Assembly: GCA_964016885.1 (NCBI GenBank)
Contig: OZ024741.1
Location: 313,596,001-313,660,000 of the forward strand
Reading direction: 5' to 3'
Source: Eledone cirrhosa
Lineage: Eukaryota
Length of the DNA: 64,000 bases
The first letter of the stretch is position 1; the number at the start of each line of letters is the position of its first letter. The position numbers were made by a program, and so were the translations under genes. A model generated the notes under the pieces. The model saw only the letters and a list, made by a program, of their open reading frames with translations, was not told the origin of the DNA and did not search any database. Shown piece by piece: positions 24,177-39,308 of the stretch.

Positions 24177-26448
24177 GTATATCATAAAATTGTTACATGC
24201 ATACTATGCACTCACACACACACACACACACGCACACACAGATATCTATTCATATATATTTATTTATACATAAAAATTATATATATACCGTATATGCCGG
24301 TGTAAAAGTTGATCCGCCGAGTATGTCGATGATTAGTGTACACACACACACATACAGACACACATATATATATATATATATACATACACACACACATTTA
24401 TATATATATGTATATATACATTTATATTAAAAGTCCACCCATCAAATGTTGTGGTGTAATTCAGGTTGAGGCCTATATACACCGGTTAGACGACACCCCA
24501 GGTATAAGGCATTACCATCTCCCCAGCCGTAGATATGCTTGCTGTTGTTTATTTGCACAAAATATAAAATATGGATATAAAAACTAAATAGTTGTAAAAT
24601 TAAAATGCATCTGAGGAAAGTACAACTTGTAAAATTTATTTTTCATTTAACAAAAAGATTTAACTGAACTGTTTTATTAGTAAACAACATGCTGCTACAC
24701 CTTCACTTCATATGCCGTTTAGCACAAGACCACTTTAATCTTGAAATTTAATATAAAATTGTATATATATATACATATATATATACACAAATACATTTAT
24801 ATATGTAGCGTATATGCCGGTGTAAAAGTTGATCCGCTGCATATCTCGACCCATCAAATGTTGTGGTATAAATCAGGTTTAGGCCTATATACGCCAGTTT
24901 AGACGATACCCCTGGTATAAGGGATTACCTTCTCCACAGACGTAGATATGTTTGCCGTTGTTTATTTGCATGAAATATAAAACATTCAAATAAAGACTAA
25001 ATAGTTGTAAGATAAAAATGCATAACAAGAAAGTACAGGTTGCAAAATGTATGTTTCAGTTAACAAAATGGTTTAACTGAACTGTTTTATTAGAAAACAA
25101 TATCCTACCACACGTGACTTGATACGCGGGAATTTAAAAAACCTCAATATTCCTTATCCAATGTGTATCATCTTAGATGTCGATAAATATCTACTGTCGT
25201 CCTGTTTTGTTTCGTCGTGAAATTACTGTAGTTTTCCGATAATTTAGATAATTCAGTGAATCAGTATACCATTAATATAATAACTATAATATTAATACTA
25301 TTAGGAATCGCTTATGAGGATAATGCAAGCTATTTACAGTGGTGCTGTCAGTAAAGTGACAATAGAAATGGAGTTCAGTGAGGAATTCCAGATACAAGTA
25401 GGTGTACATCAATGTTCGCTCCACAGCCCAATCTTTTTCATTATAGACAGCCAAGCCATAACAGTGGAGTTTAAGACTGGCTGCCCATTGGAACTTCCAT
25501 ATGCTGATGATCTGGTTCTTATAGCAGATTCAGTAGAGGAGCTAGAGAATAAATTCTGGCTATGGAAACAGCAATTTGAATCAAGAGGCCTGAGAGTGAA
25601 CATAGCTAAAACAAAAGTGTTGATAAGTGGAAGAGAGGACAATGCTCTGATTCCCTCATGGAATTGGCCATGTTAGATATATAGGAAAGGAACTGGCATC
25701 AATTCCATAAAGTGTACACAATGCTGATCTTGGAGACACAATATATGTAGTGGGATAGCAGGCAAACTAGCAGGTAGGGAAGACTTCGTATGCAATAGAT
25801 GTACAGGGAAAGTTGACAGTAGTAATCACAGTGATAGACTCATTTTTCCAATGCAGGTGGATTCTATAGAAGTGGTTGATAGCTTCCGGTACCCAGGTGA
25901 TAACATACGCATGAGAGGAGGGTGTTTCGCGTCCATATTATCTAGAATAAGGACGGGTTGGAAGAAGTTTATGGAGTTTCGCCCTGTTTTGTTTCGTGGG
26001 GAAATTACAGTAGTTTTCCGATAATTTAGATAAATCAGTGAATCAGTATACCATTAACATAGTAACTATAATATTAATACAAATAGGACTGCTTCTGAGG
26101 ACAATGCAAGCTATGTACAGGGGTGCGGTCAGTAAAGTAACAATCGAAATGGAGTTTAGTGAGGAATTCCAGATACACATAGGTATACATCAAGGTTCTC
26201 TCCTCAGCCCAAACTTGTTCGTTATAGTCCCCCAACCATAACATAATATTAGAAACATTGCATGTAATTGAACTAAAAATCCTAGTAGTGTTTAAAAGGG
26301 GATCGATATAATATTCAATAAATCTACAACTTCATTTGTTTAGCACAATACCAGATTTAATCTTGAAATTTAATATAAAATGATATCATTGATATATGTA
26401 TGTAATTAATGATATCTTCAACATTATCATATATCTTGATAATTTTAG

Positions 26449-26583
26449 AATGCCCAGAAGGAAAGTTTGATCTTGATTGTAATAGGACCTGCCATTGTAT
26501 CAACAACGCGAACTGTGACAAGAGGAATGGAACATGTTTAGATGGATGTTCTGCTGGTTATACTGGTTACAATTGCCAAGAAG
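26449..26583 (+). CDS. EGF-like exon B2
   Basis: CPEGKFDLDCNRTCHCINNANCDKRNGTCLDGCSAGYTGYNCQE; donor gtatcc. Confidence 0.85.
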
Positions 26584-26666
26584 GTATCCATATAATTTTT
26601 ACGCAAGTATTATACACACGCACACGCACACACACACACACACATACACGCACACATACACACATA

Positions 26667-26705
<39 letters not shown>

Positions 26706-26750
26706 ACACACACACACACAGACACACACACACAAACATATACCACACAC

Positions 26751-26817
<67 letters not shown>

Positions 26818-27689
26818 ACTACATATATATATATATATATACCGTATATGCCGATGTAAAAGTTGATCCGCTGCATATTTCGACCTAATCAAATCATGTG
26901 GTAAAAATCAGGTTTAGGCCTATACACCCCAGTTTAGACGACAACATTGGTATAAGGGATTACCTTCTCCTCAGCCTTAGATATGTTTGCCGTTGTTTAT
27001 TTGCATAAAACAGAAAACATTAAAATCAACACTAAATAGTTGTAAAATAAAAAATGCCTGTGAAGAAAGTAAAAGTTGCAAAATTTATTTTTCAGTTAAC
27101 AAAATGATTTAACTGAACTGATTTATTAGTAAACAATATCCTACGACACCGTGACTTAATACGCGTGAATTTTAAAAACCTAAATATTACTTATCCAATG
27201 TGTATCTGCTTAGGTTGGGAGATGCTGTGCTGAATAGAACCCGTCCAACTATTGCAAGCAGGGAAAAGCGGGCGAAAAATGATAATAAATAAAAATGCAT
27301 GTGAAGAAAGTACAATTTGCCAAATTAACTTTTCAGTTAACAAAATGATTTAACTGAACAGTTTTTTTAATAAACAACATGCTACCACACCATCACTTGA
27401 TACAGGGTAGATTTAAAAAGCTAAATATTCCTTATCCAGTGTGTATCATTGTTACGTGGCGAGATGATTTTACATTCGACCTGTTTTGTTCCGTGGCGAA
27501 ATTACCGGAGATTTTCCGATAGTTTAGATAATTCAGTGAATCAGTATACCATTCATATTATAACTATGATATTCATGATAATATTATAGATATATATGTG
27601 TATATATATATATATATGTATGTATATATGTATTTATGTATGTATGTGTGTGTGTATGTGTGTATGTATACATTTATATATATACGGTG

Positions 27690-27725
<36 letters not shown>

Positions 27726-28656
27726 GCGTGTGTGCGTGTGTGTGTTTTTATTTACATGTAGGAATGTCGCAAACACATATCGTAGTAACTGGTAGAATAT
27801 GATAATATTTGGAACGATTATATATCATTTTTTTTCTTATAATACTCTTTGTTTCTTTCATGATCTTTTAAACATTGCCGTTAACTGAACTAAAAATCCA
27901 TGTATGTTTTATAGAGAATCGTTATAATCAATATATATGAAACCTTGGATGTATATCTGTGTTTGTGTGTGTCTGTGAGTTTGAATCCCTAACACTCTAG
28001 AAGTACCGAACCGATTTTTTCAAAGTTTACATCTGTATTACGTATGTTTCAGGGAATGTTATGCACGTACAATTCAACTTTGTTCATCCCCTAGGACCCG
28101 CATTAGGTGAAAAAGTGTGTTTTATTTCAAATTTTAGGGGTATCTTGATGCTTTACGTCAGACCGAATTTCTTGAAATTGTAACTATGTATTATTCAGTC
28201 TCTTTTTATACCGGTAGCAAAGACAATCCAACTTTATTATTGCCTATGGCCCGCAGTAGGTGAGCAACTTCATTTTTTCAGGCATATTTTTCAAGGCATA
28301 TTATGCACATGAAAACAATTCATTTTCTTGATTCCCTAAGGCCCACATTAGATGAAAACCTGTATTTTTCCTCATTCATCGAGGAAAATCTCAAAGATTA
28401 TCCAGCCATCAGAATATACGGTTTATTTTCTTTACATATTGTCCGGGCATGCAGTTTTTCCACGATTAAGTCTGTTGGTGGCCCGCGTTCTAAAATACCT
28501 TATCCCGTGCAACGCCCGCTACCACTGCTGGTATTCAATAAATATACACATTCATTTTTTACCACAAGACCACTTTAAGCGTAACATTTTGTATAAAATT
28601 GTATCATTTATAATTAATGATATATGCAACAATATCACATATAGTGATATTTTCAG

Positions 28657-28791
28657 AATGCAGAGCAGGAAGGTTTTGTGTTGCTTGTAATGGGACACGC
28701 CATTGTATCAACAGCATAAACTGTGCCAAGCGAAATGGAACATGTTCAGATGGATGTTCTGCAGGTTATACTGTTGTCAATTGCCAAGAAG
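28657..28791 (+). pseudogene. EGF exon C2 with dead donor
   Basis: Donor AT; extra G>C and C>R changes (GRFCVACNGTRHC). Confidence 0.8.
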
Positions 28792-29230
28792 ATATCTCAT
28801 AAACTTGTTGCGTACTTACTAAACACACACACACATACACACAACTATATACCCAACCCACACACACACATATACATGTATATATATATATATATAAATG
28901 GAATAGAATGAAACGAAATTTCATTTCTCACTCTTAGTACGGCACTGACTTCGCCTTTCATCCTTACGTGGTCGATAAAATAAAGTACCAGTAATGTACT
29001 GGAATAATTGCTGGCCTTGTGCCAAAAGTAGAAACAATTATCTATGTATACGTACATACATATATGTATACATACGTACAGAAGTATGTATATATATATA
29101 CATACATTTGTACAAAGAAACAAACCGAGCATTATAATAAATGTTCGGTAAACCGATACGTGCATGTATATATGTGTGCATGTACGTATATATATACATA
29201 TATGTATGTACGTATATATACATACATACA

Positions 29231-29273
<43 letters not shown>

Positions 29274-32200
29274 TATATATAGTTATACTTGAGGAGGGTC
29301 ATATTGTTGTAATAACTTTGCCAGAAATAATAACAGAACATATTCACGCTTTGGTTGGTGTTCGCTTTGTATGTTTTATATCTCCATAGTTAATTCATTC
29401 GGCAATCAATGTTTATCACTAATTCACTAACGGTCAAAAATACAGATATAAATACATATATATAGTCTAAAAAAGTTCTTTCGTTTCACATCTGCAACAT
29501 CATCACTGGTACTATTATGTATCACTCCTGCTGTATTACAAGTCTACGCCATTTATATTTTATGTTTTTATTTATTTATTTTTTTTTCATTTGTGTCTTC
29601 GTACCTGCGCATGCGTTTGTTTGGTGTGTTTGTTCGCGTTTGGGTAACTGTGTTTTGGTTATTGTATTCTATCTTAATTTATTAGTGTGTCTTTATATGT
29701 GTTTTTTGTTATTGTGCTTGTGTATTTATTCATTTATTTATATATATTTTTATATTTCTCTTAAGTCAGTATTGTTTGTTTGGGTGTTGTTATTCCATTA
29801 ATGTTTTTCTGTTTAGCTTTCTCTTTTTAAGATCTGTCGCGCTTGACTCTCTGATTTGCCTACCTGCTGGCTCATTTCTATTTTTTAGATATTATTTTAA
29901 TTTCTATGTTGACTATGTTACCGTCATGTTGCTGTCTGGCATGTTCGTAGGTACTGAACCTGTTTTTTTGCTCTTTTAATTCCCCCCAGTGTTGGTCTAT
30001 ACTTTCTCCTATGCATCGAGCTGTCTCGCCTATGTATGGTGTTGTGATGTTTCTGCAAGTAGCCTCTGTACATCTTATGCTATAGACTACATTTCTAGTT
30101 TTACAGTTTATCTGGGGATTTACTTTACATATAGTACACTTCTTATAAGTATAGTGGGTTTTGTTGAAAGTGTGTTTTGCTGATCAGGGATTTCATGGTA
30201 GTTACTGGTTTTTCTAACACTTTACTCATTAAGTGGGTCTTTCTCAGGACCATTCTACATTGGTTAGCTAATTTCCCTCCAGGGGTAGCGTGCACGTATA
30301 TGACAATCTGGTATCTCGGGTTGTGGTACCATGAGGTGGCTTTGCCTATCTTTTGCTTAGTCCTATCTAAGCTATTCCATGATTTTCTCCTGTATAATGG
30401 GCAAATTACTTTCATGTCCAGTTCTATGAGGGTCTTATACTTCTCAGTGTTTACTTTGTATACTCGGATTCTGTCTCTTTGGTTGTAGCCAGAGAAATGC
30501 CTGCGCTTTATGAAGTGTTTGATGTGTCTTTCCATTTATCTTGGGTCGCTCATGCTGGACACGTTCTTCATCATTCGTACCAAGTCTGCGATCAGAATAT
30601 TAAACTTAGCACTACTGAACATTGCTGTGTATTTGAGTAACAGGTATTTGGAGGCCACGGGTTTAGCGTAGTGTGAGTGGGGAATTTGGGACCTATCGTA
30701 TATAGTGTTAATCCAGAATTCCGTGTCTAATACAGGTAGTCTATTATTAGGTTGATTGGAAGGGTATTCAATAGTTACAGTTATACTCTGGTGTATGGAG
30801 TTAGCTATCTGCTGGATTCTTTCCATTGTGCTATATTCTAATTGCTATTCGTTACTATTCTCTTGTGGCAGTGTCCTTATTACTATATTTAATATTGTCT
30901 ACGTAAGGAGAGTACAGGATGTGTTCTATGGAGCTCACTTCAAGGAGATTTTTGTATGTTTCAGGTATCAAAATGGTTCAACTGAACTGTTTTATTAGTA
31001 AACAATATCCTACCACACGTGACCTGATACGCGGGAATTGTAAAAATCTAAATATTCCTTATCCAATGTGTATCATCATAGATGGCGATATATATTTACT
31101 GTCGTCCTGTTTTGTTTCGTGGAGAAATTACAGTAGTTTTCCGATAATTTAGATAATTCAGTTAATCAGTATTCTATTAATATAATAACTATAATATTAA
31201 TACTAATAGGAATCGCTTGTGAGGACAATGCAAGATACGTACAGTGGTGCTGTCAGTAAAGTGACAAGAGAAATGTAGTTTAGTGAGGAATTCCAGATAC
31301 AAGCAGGTGTACATCAATGTCGCTCCTCAGCCCAATCTTTTCCATTATAGACCACCAAGCCATGACAGGGGAGTTTAAGACTGGCTGCCCATGGGAACTT
31401 CTATATGCTGATGATCTGGTTCTTATATCAGATTGAGTACAGGAGCTAGAGAATATATTCTGGCTATGGAAACAGTAATTTGAATCAAGAGGCCTGAGAG
31501 AGAACATAGCTAAAACAAAAGTGTTGATAAGTGGAAGAGAGGATAATGCTCTGATTCTATCAGGGAAATGGCCATGTTAGATATATAGAAAAGGAACTGG
31601 CATAAATTCCATAAAATATACACAATGCTGATCTTGGAGACACAATTGATGTAGTGCGTTAGCAGGCAAACTAACAGGTAGGGAAAACTACGTATGCAAT
31701 AGATGTACAGGGAAAGTTGGCAGTAGTAATTACTGTGATAGACTCATTTTTCCAATGCAGGTGGGTTCTATAGAAGTGACTGATAGCTTCCGGTACCCAG
31801 GTGATAAGATACGCATGGGAGGAGGGTGTTCCGCGTCCATATTATCTAGAATAAGGGCGGATTGGAAGAAGTTTATGGAGTTTCTTCCTCTGTTGATAAA
31901 GAAGCGGTTCTCCATGCGTACAAATTGACGGCCATATGATACATGTGTGAGATGCGACGATGCTGCATGGTAGTTAGAAATGGACAACAACTGCTGAAGA
32001 TATACGACGGCTGGAGAGAAATGAAGCAAGTATGTTCCGTTGTATGTGCAATTGTAATGTGCGTGAACGACCAAGCATAGACGAGTTGAGAAGGAAACTG
32101 GGTATAAGAGGGATACATTGTAGTGTGCAGGAGAGAACGCTGAGAAGGTATGGACATATGATGTGATTGGAGGATGAGCGCTGTGTGAAGAAGTGCCAGG

Positions 32201-32448
32201 AAGTCCAAGTGGAGGGAAGACGCAGTACGGGTAGACCACGAAGAACATGGGCGGGTCTGGTGCAAGTCAACGAGGAGATGACAAAGGACCGTGACAAGTG
32301 AGGAGATGCTGTGCTGAATAGGACCCGTCCAACCATTGCTAGCTGGGAAAAGCGGGCGGAAAAATTATAATAAATAAAAATGCTCGTGAAGAAAGTACAA
32401 TTTAGAAATTATACTTTTGTGTGTGTGTGTGTGTGTTTGTATGTATGA

Positions 32449-32488
<40 letters not shown>

Positions 32489-32645
32489 GGGTGTGTGTGT
32501 GTGTGTGTGTTTATTTCAAAGTAAAAATGTCGCAAATACATATCGTAGTAACTGATAAAATATGGTGTAAATTTGAAGGTTTATATATGTTGTTTCTCAT
32601 GGTATTGTTTGTTTCTTTCATTATGTTGTATATATATATTATATG

Positions 32646-32681
<36 letters not shown>

Positions 32682-32978
32682 TATATAAGTATGTATGTAT
32701 ATATGTGTGTGTGTATGTATGCATTTATATATATATATATATAACATATATATATATATATAGTATATATTATATATATGTAAAAGGTAAACGGAAATAA
32801 CAAGACAATCGGTACAGTATATGGAAGGGATATATTAGGTTAACGTTTGATATAGCAGGAATAGCGTCTCAGCATTTTGGACACTAGTCCTTCATTAGAA
32901 GAAACAATGAGAAATAAAATAGATTGAGGGGGCAGTTAAATTCGAATTGGAATAAAAATAAAAATAACAGGTTCATCT

Positions 32979-33032
32979 GAACATGTTCAGATGGACGTTC
33001 TGCAGGTTATATTGGTGTCAATTGCCAAGAAG
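32979..33032 (+). pseudogene. 5'-truncated EGF exon D2
   Basis: Same truncation as D1; the donor is also lost (GAAG|TTATCT). Confidence 0.8.
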
Positions 33033-33132
33033 TTATCTCATAAAATTGTTACGTACTTACTATACACACACACATTCACGCACACACACACACACACGCG
33101 CGCACACGCACACACACACACACACACACACA

Positions 33133-33164
<32 letters not shown>

Positions 33165-33180
33165 CACACACACATACACA

Positions 33181-33263
<83 letters not shown>

Positions 33264-34069
33264 CTATTCGTATATATTTAATTATATATAAAAAAATTAT
33301 ATATATACCTTATATGCCGGTATGAAAGTTGATGCGCTGCATAAGTCGACCCATCAAATGTTGTGGTGTAATTCAGGTGGAGGCCTATATACGCCGGTTG
33401 AGACGACACCCCAGGTAAAAGCTTTACCATCTCCTCAGCCGTAGATATGCTTGCCGTTGTTTATTTGCACAAAATATAAAATATGGAAATAAACACTAAA
33501 TAGTTGTAAAATTAAAATGCATGTGAGGAAAGTACAAATTGTAAAATTTATATTTCATTTCACAAAAAGATTTAACTGAACTGTTTTATTAGTAAACAAC
33601 ATGCTACCACACCGTCACTTGATATGCGCTAATTTAAAAAAACCTAAATATTCCTTATCCAATGTGTATCAGCATTACATGGAGATATATTTTTATTTCG
33701 ACGTGTTTGTTTCATGGAAAAATCACAGCAGATTTTCCAATAGTTTCGATAATTCAGTGAATCAGTATACCATTAATCTTACAACTATGATATTCATGAT
33801 AATATGATATCTATTTTGGAAGGATTATACATGTTGTCTTTCTAATAATATTGTTTGTTTCTTTTATAATGTTATTAACATTGCATTTAACTGAACTAAA
33901 AATCCATCTATAATTTATAGAAGATCGATATAACATTCAATATTTCTACAAGTTAATTGGTTTATCCCAAGCCCACTTTAATCTTGAAATTTGCTATCAA
34001 ATCGTATCAATGATTTTTGTATGTAATTAATGATATCTTCAACTTTATCATATATATTGATATATTTAG

Positions 34070-34204
34070 AATGCCGAGAAGGAAATTTTGGTGTTGCTTG
34101 TAATGGGACATGCCATTGTATCAACAACATGAACTGTGACAAGCGAAATGGAAGATGTTCAGATGGATGTTCTGCAGGTTATACTGGTGACAATTGCCAA
34201 AAAG
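34070..34204 (+). CDS. EGF-like exon E2
   Basis: [44 protein letters not shown]; AG/GT intact. Confidence 0.85.
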
Positions 34205-34302
34205 GTATCTCATAACAATGTTACGTACTTATTAGACACACAAACACACACATTAATATACAAACACACACACAGAGACACACATATAAACATATTTATA
34301 TA

Positions 34303-34345
<43 letters not shown>

Positions 34346-34347
<2 letters not shown>

Positions 34348-37300
34348 GGTAACAAGTTATCGTTATAGGTAATCCAGTTAGATGTTGTGAGTACTCTGAG
34401 TCGTGGATAGTTTTAACGTACGGCTTTGCTTAACTGAACAATATGTTTCCATAGTTAGGGAGCGAGTTCGCGCTAAATCCTATGTAGGTTCTACTTGGAG
34501 TAATAATAGTGAAAGTATGAAGAGTAACATCGTTGGCTGTGCAACAAGTAGTTTTATGTCAAGTATTGACTATTGTTTCATTGATCAGGTGAGTCTAGAG
34601 GTCGCTAATCGCTTGAAGTTGCTCAATTCGATCTCCATTATATTATTTACTTTAAACCAACTCCTCAGAATACAAAAAACAATTCACTCAAGGCAAAATA
34701 TATAGAGAGAAATAGAGTATAATCAAAACAATAACATCAATAATAAAATATATATGATACATAGGTAGAGAGGTTACAGATGTAAATGTATAATGTAAAA
34801 GATAAGAAAAAGGGTACAGTAAAAAGTAAGGAAATGGAAAAAAATATAAATAAATAAGGATAAGTGAGATCATGTAAGTACAGTATATGATAGTGGTAGT
34901 AGAGAGTCTGATGTAGTGACAGATAAAAGAAAAAGCATAAATTAGAGATTAATGGGGAGATACTAGTATGAGATTTAAGGGTAAGGGTGGATGGTGAAGG
35001 GATCTTTGACAAATGTGTGTAGTAAATATTTTGCTGATTGTCCTGTCTTAATGGATGTGATGCTGTTTCAGGAGAGCGGGTGAAATAGATGTTAAGATAT
35101 TTATGATCTAGTGACCTGTTGGTTGTTTGGCAGCTAAGAGCGGTCTGATTGTGTCTATTGCATACGTTGAAATTCTGGTGGTTCAGTTCTAAATTTGGTA
35201 TTGTTGGCTCGAATCACGTGGTTTAAAACTTGTGAACTTGGTAGCTATTTTATGCCTACAGAAAATTGATCTTTCTATTTTGCTGTTAAGCAGCATCTTA
35301 TCGTACCTTAAAATATGGAATAGCTCCATATTACAAATTCTGCAGTGGGGCATTCCATTGTCGTTAGCCCTTGCTTCTGATATTTTGACCAGCTAATCCC
35401 ATATTCCTGGTTTGTGTTTATAAGCTGCAAGATTTTATTGGCTTGCGTCGTAGAATTATATAGTCTACGGTTCTTCATCGAGTGTCTGTGGACGCACCAC
35501 CTTTTTTTTAACTCCCCAGCCGTGGAACCTATGTAGTGCCAAGTAGAGTTGCCTGAATTTACAGTACACAGGTACACCATACTCGAATCCACGCATCTAT
35601 TTTGCAGTGTGCACTTATCCGGTAGGTGGCAATTACAGTTGGAGGCTTTTCTTTGTGCCGCTTCTCCGTTGCGGTTTTGTATGTTCGTTGTGGGTGGGTT
35701 GATATTTAGGCCAATTAGTGTTTTGTTGTGATGCGCCCTAGTGTATGTGTGGTTGGGATGTTATGTGTTTGCGTTTTGTATTTGTTGCTATGATGTATAT
35801 TGGTAGGTTATTTTCTTTAGAGATGTTTTTGTGGTTGATTTTACGTATGTGTGATTCTATGTTGGCTGCAGTAGAGTAAGATTGTTTGATAGTTCTTCTA
35901 TTAAAGAATCTATGGTATTTGAGTAGATTAACAAAGTGTTTGTCTATTAGATTAAATAATGTAGAAGACAGTTTTGTTTTTATAGAGGACTTGGATATTG
36001 GATTGAACCATAGGTATTTTCTATCATAGGTATCTTCTATGCTTAGTCCTATGCTTGTTATTTCATAAGGTGTGGGTAGTGTAGTTTTCGTTAGGGTTGT
36101 TGCTGCTGTCCCTATCTGGTATGTTCTCCAACCCCTCTTTACGTCCTGCCTTATGTATAGCTATATTATAATACTTTGGGTGTTCGTTAAAAATCTCTAG
36201 GTTAGAAGGTAGGCTGCATATTCTGAAGGATATACTATGTGCTATGGTGTTAATTATGGATCGGGGGTGGTCGTTAATTATGGATCGGGGGTGGTTGTTA
36301 TTTTATGGAAGGGCTCTATTAATCTGGTGATTAGGTTGAGTGTTACATCTAAGATGTTTGATTTTTTTTAGAATTAAGTTCGAACGTAGTACCTAGGCCT
36401 AGTTTGTTAAAGAAGGCTCTGATGTTTTTTCGTAATTTTTCCATGTTTTGATTATTTAAGTTTTTGTCTAAAAGGAATGTGTCGTCTCTATAAATTCATC
36501 CCTCGTGGTTATTGAATTCCTTATGTAAGTTGTGCGCTATATATATTCACACGAATTCCGTTACCTGTGCCGAGTCGTTAGATCCCATTGTGATATTGAA
36601 GCTATTCTGTCTATTCTTACGTTCCCAGTAACTATTTTCGAATCTAATGATAGTTCTCCTAGTAGCATTATTATTTTAATTTCGTCCGAGGTAAGGTACG
36701 AATTTTCCTGGGCAAAGGTTAGCGCTTTATCTAGGGTGACTGGGGATATGGATGAGTAGTAGTCATCAATGTGGAACTGTACGAAGTTGGATGTTTCTCT
36801 ACTGTCTATTTTGCTGAACCAGTCTATTGCTTCGTTAGTGTTACCCCATACCTTAATTACTAGTTCGTCCTTGATTTGTGCGATTACACTATCTAGTATA
36901 TACTTCGCAATTCTATCTATATACGACTTCGATGGGTATATTAATCTAATTGCGGGCTCTATTTCGAAATTATATTTGTGATCCTTTAGGTTAAATGTGG
37001 GGTTACAAGGTGCTAGAGGCTTGGTTCTATCAGATGTTTTCGGTTTTTAGAATGCTAAGTCCTTCTTTAATAATGCTAGTGAGTGCAGATTCTGTTGTTT
37101 GTTTGTATTTTTTGTGCAGTTCACGACGTACACAATTATTGTATGTATTAAGTCTCATGTCGTATATGCTTCAAGTTTTATCTCCTTTTACTATAATACC
37201 GTTGGCGTTGCATAGTTCTTTTAGAAGTGTATTGATGTCGTTTTACAATTTGTTGTGATGTGTCATTACTTTGAATTTGGTTCCACCTATCATGTTCATG

Positions 37301-38241
37301 AGGTCGAGTTCGAAGGCATCGAGCTGGGGGTTATTCGGAGGATTTTTCAGGATTTGAATCCGTATATTTTCCTAGTAATTTCCTCCGTGTTATTAGCGTG
37401 TCCTTTATCATAATGATAGGCCTTCCATCGGATTCGACGAATGAAGTCATTAGTCCTTGTTAGTATGTATAGGTATGTTTTTCAATGACATATCTATGTG
37501 GTGATTTTCCATTTTAGTGCCGTGCGTTAAAGTTGTTGCTCAACCTAGTGGGAGCTGGGTATATGGGGTAACAAGTTATCGTTATAGGTAATCCAGTTAG
37601 AGGTGGTCAGTACTCTGCGTCATGGATAGTTTTAACGTACTGCTTTGTTTAACTTAACAAGATGTTTCCATAGTTAGGCAACGAGTTCGCGGTAATTCCT
37701 ATGTAGGTTCTACTTGGAGTAATAATAGTGAAAGTATGAAGAGTAACATGGTTGGTTGTACATCAAGGGACTTTGTACGTTTCGAATATGACTTTTTATG
37801 TTAGCAAAAAACCCACCACACAATCCTTATACGAACAACACTTACTCACCACCACCACTATCATACTCTGTACTTACATGGTCTCACTTATTCTTATTAC
37901 TTTATATTTTTCCATTTTCTTACTTTTTTACTGTATCTTTTTTCTTATCTTTTACTTTTTATATTTTACATCTGTAACCTCTCTACCCATTATCATATAT
38001 ATTTTATTATTGTTGTTATTGTTTTGATTATACGCTATTTCTCTCTATATATCTTGCCTTGAGAGAATTGTTTTTGTATTATGTGGAGTTGGTTAAAGGT
38101 AAATAATGTAATGGATCTCGAGTGCCGCAACTTCGAGCGATTATCGAGCTCTAGACTCACCTGATCAATAAAGCAAGTGTCAATGCCTGAAATAAGGCCC
38201 CGTGTTGTACAGCCAACCATGTTAACCTTCATCCTTTCACT
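34346..38241 (-). mobile_element. Penelope-like family 1, unit 2 copy
   Basis: Colinear with 11397-15290. Confidence 0.9.
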
Positions 38242-39027
38242 ATATTCACCCTATATTCCGGTGTAAATTTTGATCCGCTGCATATACGTCCCATCAAATA
38301 TTATGGTGTAAGTTAGGTTGAAGCCTATAGACACCGGTTGATACGACACACCAGGTATAAGCCATTATCATCTGGCCAGCCGCAATTATGCTTGCCGTTA
38401 ACAAAAGGATTTAACTGAAGTGTTTTATTAGTAAACAATATGCTATCACACCCACAATTGATAGGCGGAATTTTTAAAAACCTAAATACTCTTTATCCAG
38501 TGTGTATCATTGTTACGTGGCGATATGATTTTACTTTCGACCTGTTTTGTATTGTGGCGAAATCACCGGAGATTTTCCGATAGTTTAGATAATTCAGTGA
38601 ATCAGTATACCATTCATATTATAACTATGATATTCATGATAATATTATAGATATATATGTGTGTATATATTTATGTATGTATGTATTTATGTATGTATGT
38701 GTGTGTGTATGTGTGTATGTATGCATATATATATATATATATACAGTATATTATTGTAGAATATGGTAATATTTGGAAGGATTATATATGATATTTTTCT
38801 TATAGTATTGTTTGTTACTTTCATAATGTTATTAATATTGCATTTAATTGAACTAAAAATCCAAGTATTTTTTTATAAAGGATCGATATAATATTCAATA
38901 AATCTACAACTTCATTTGTTTAGCACAAGACCACTTTATTCTTGAAATTTGATATAAAATTGTATCATTGATATATGTATGCAATTAATGATATCTTCAA
39001 CATTATCATATATATTGTTAATTTTAG

Positions 39028-39162
39028 AATGCCGAGCAGGAAAGTTTGGTGTTGCTTGTAATGGGACCTGCCATTGTATCAACGACACGAACTGTAACAA
39101 GCGAAACGGCACATGTTTAGAAGGATGTTCTGCAGGTTATGCTGGTGTCAATTGCCAAGAAG
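39028..39162 (+). CDS. EGF-like exon F2
   Basis: [44 protein letters not shown]; AG/GT intact. Confidence 0.85.
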
Positions 39163-39238
39163 GTATTGTTACGTAATTATTATACACACGCACACACACA
39201 TACACACACACCCCCACACACAAACACACAAATATACA

Positions 39239-39308
<70 letters not shown>
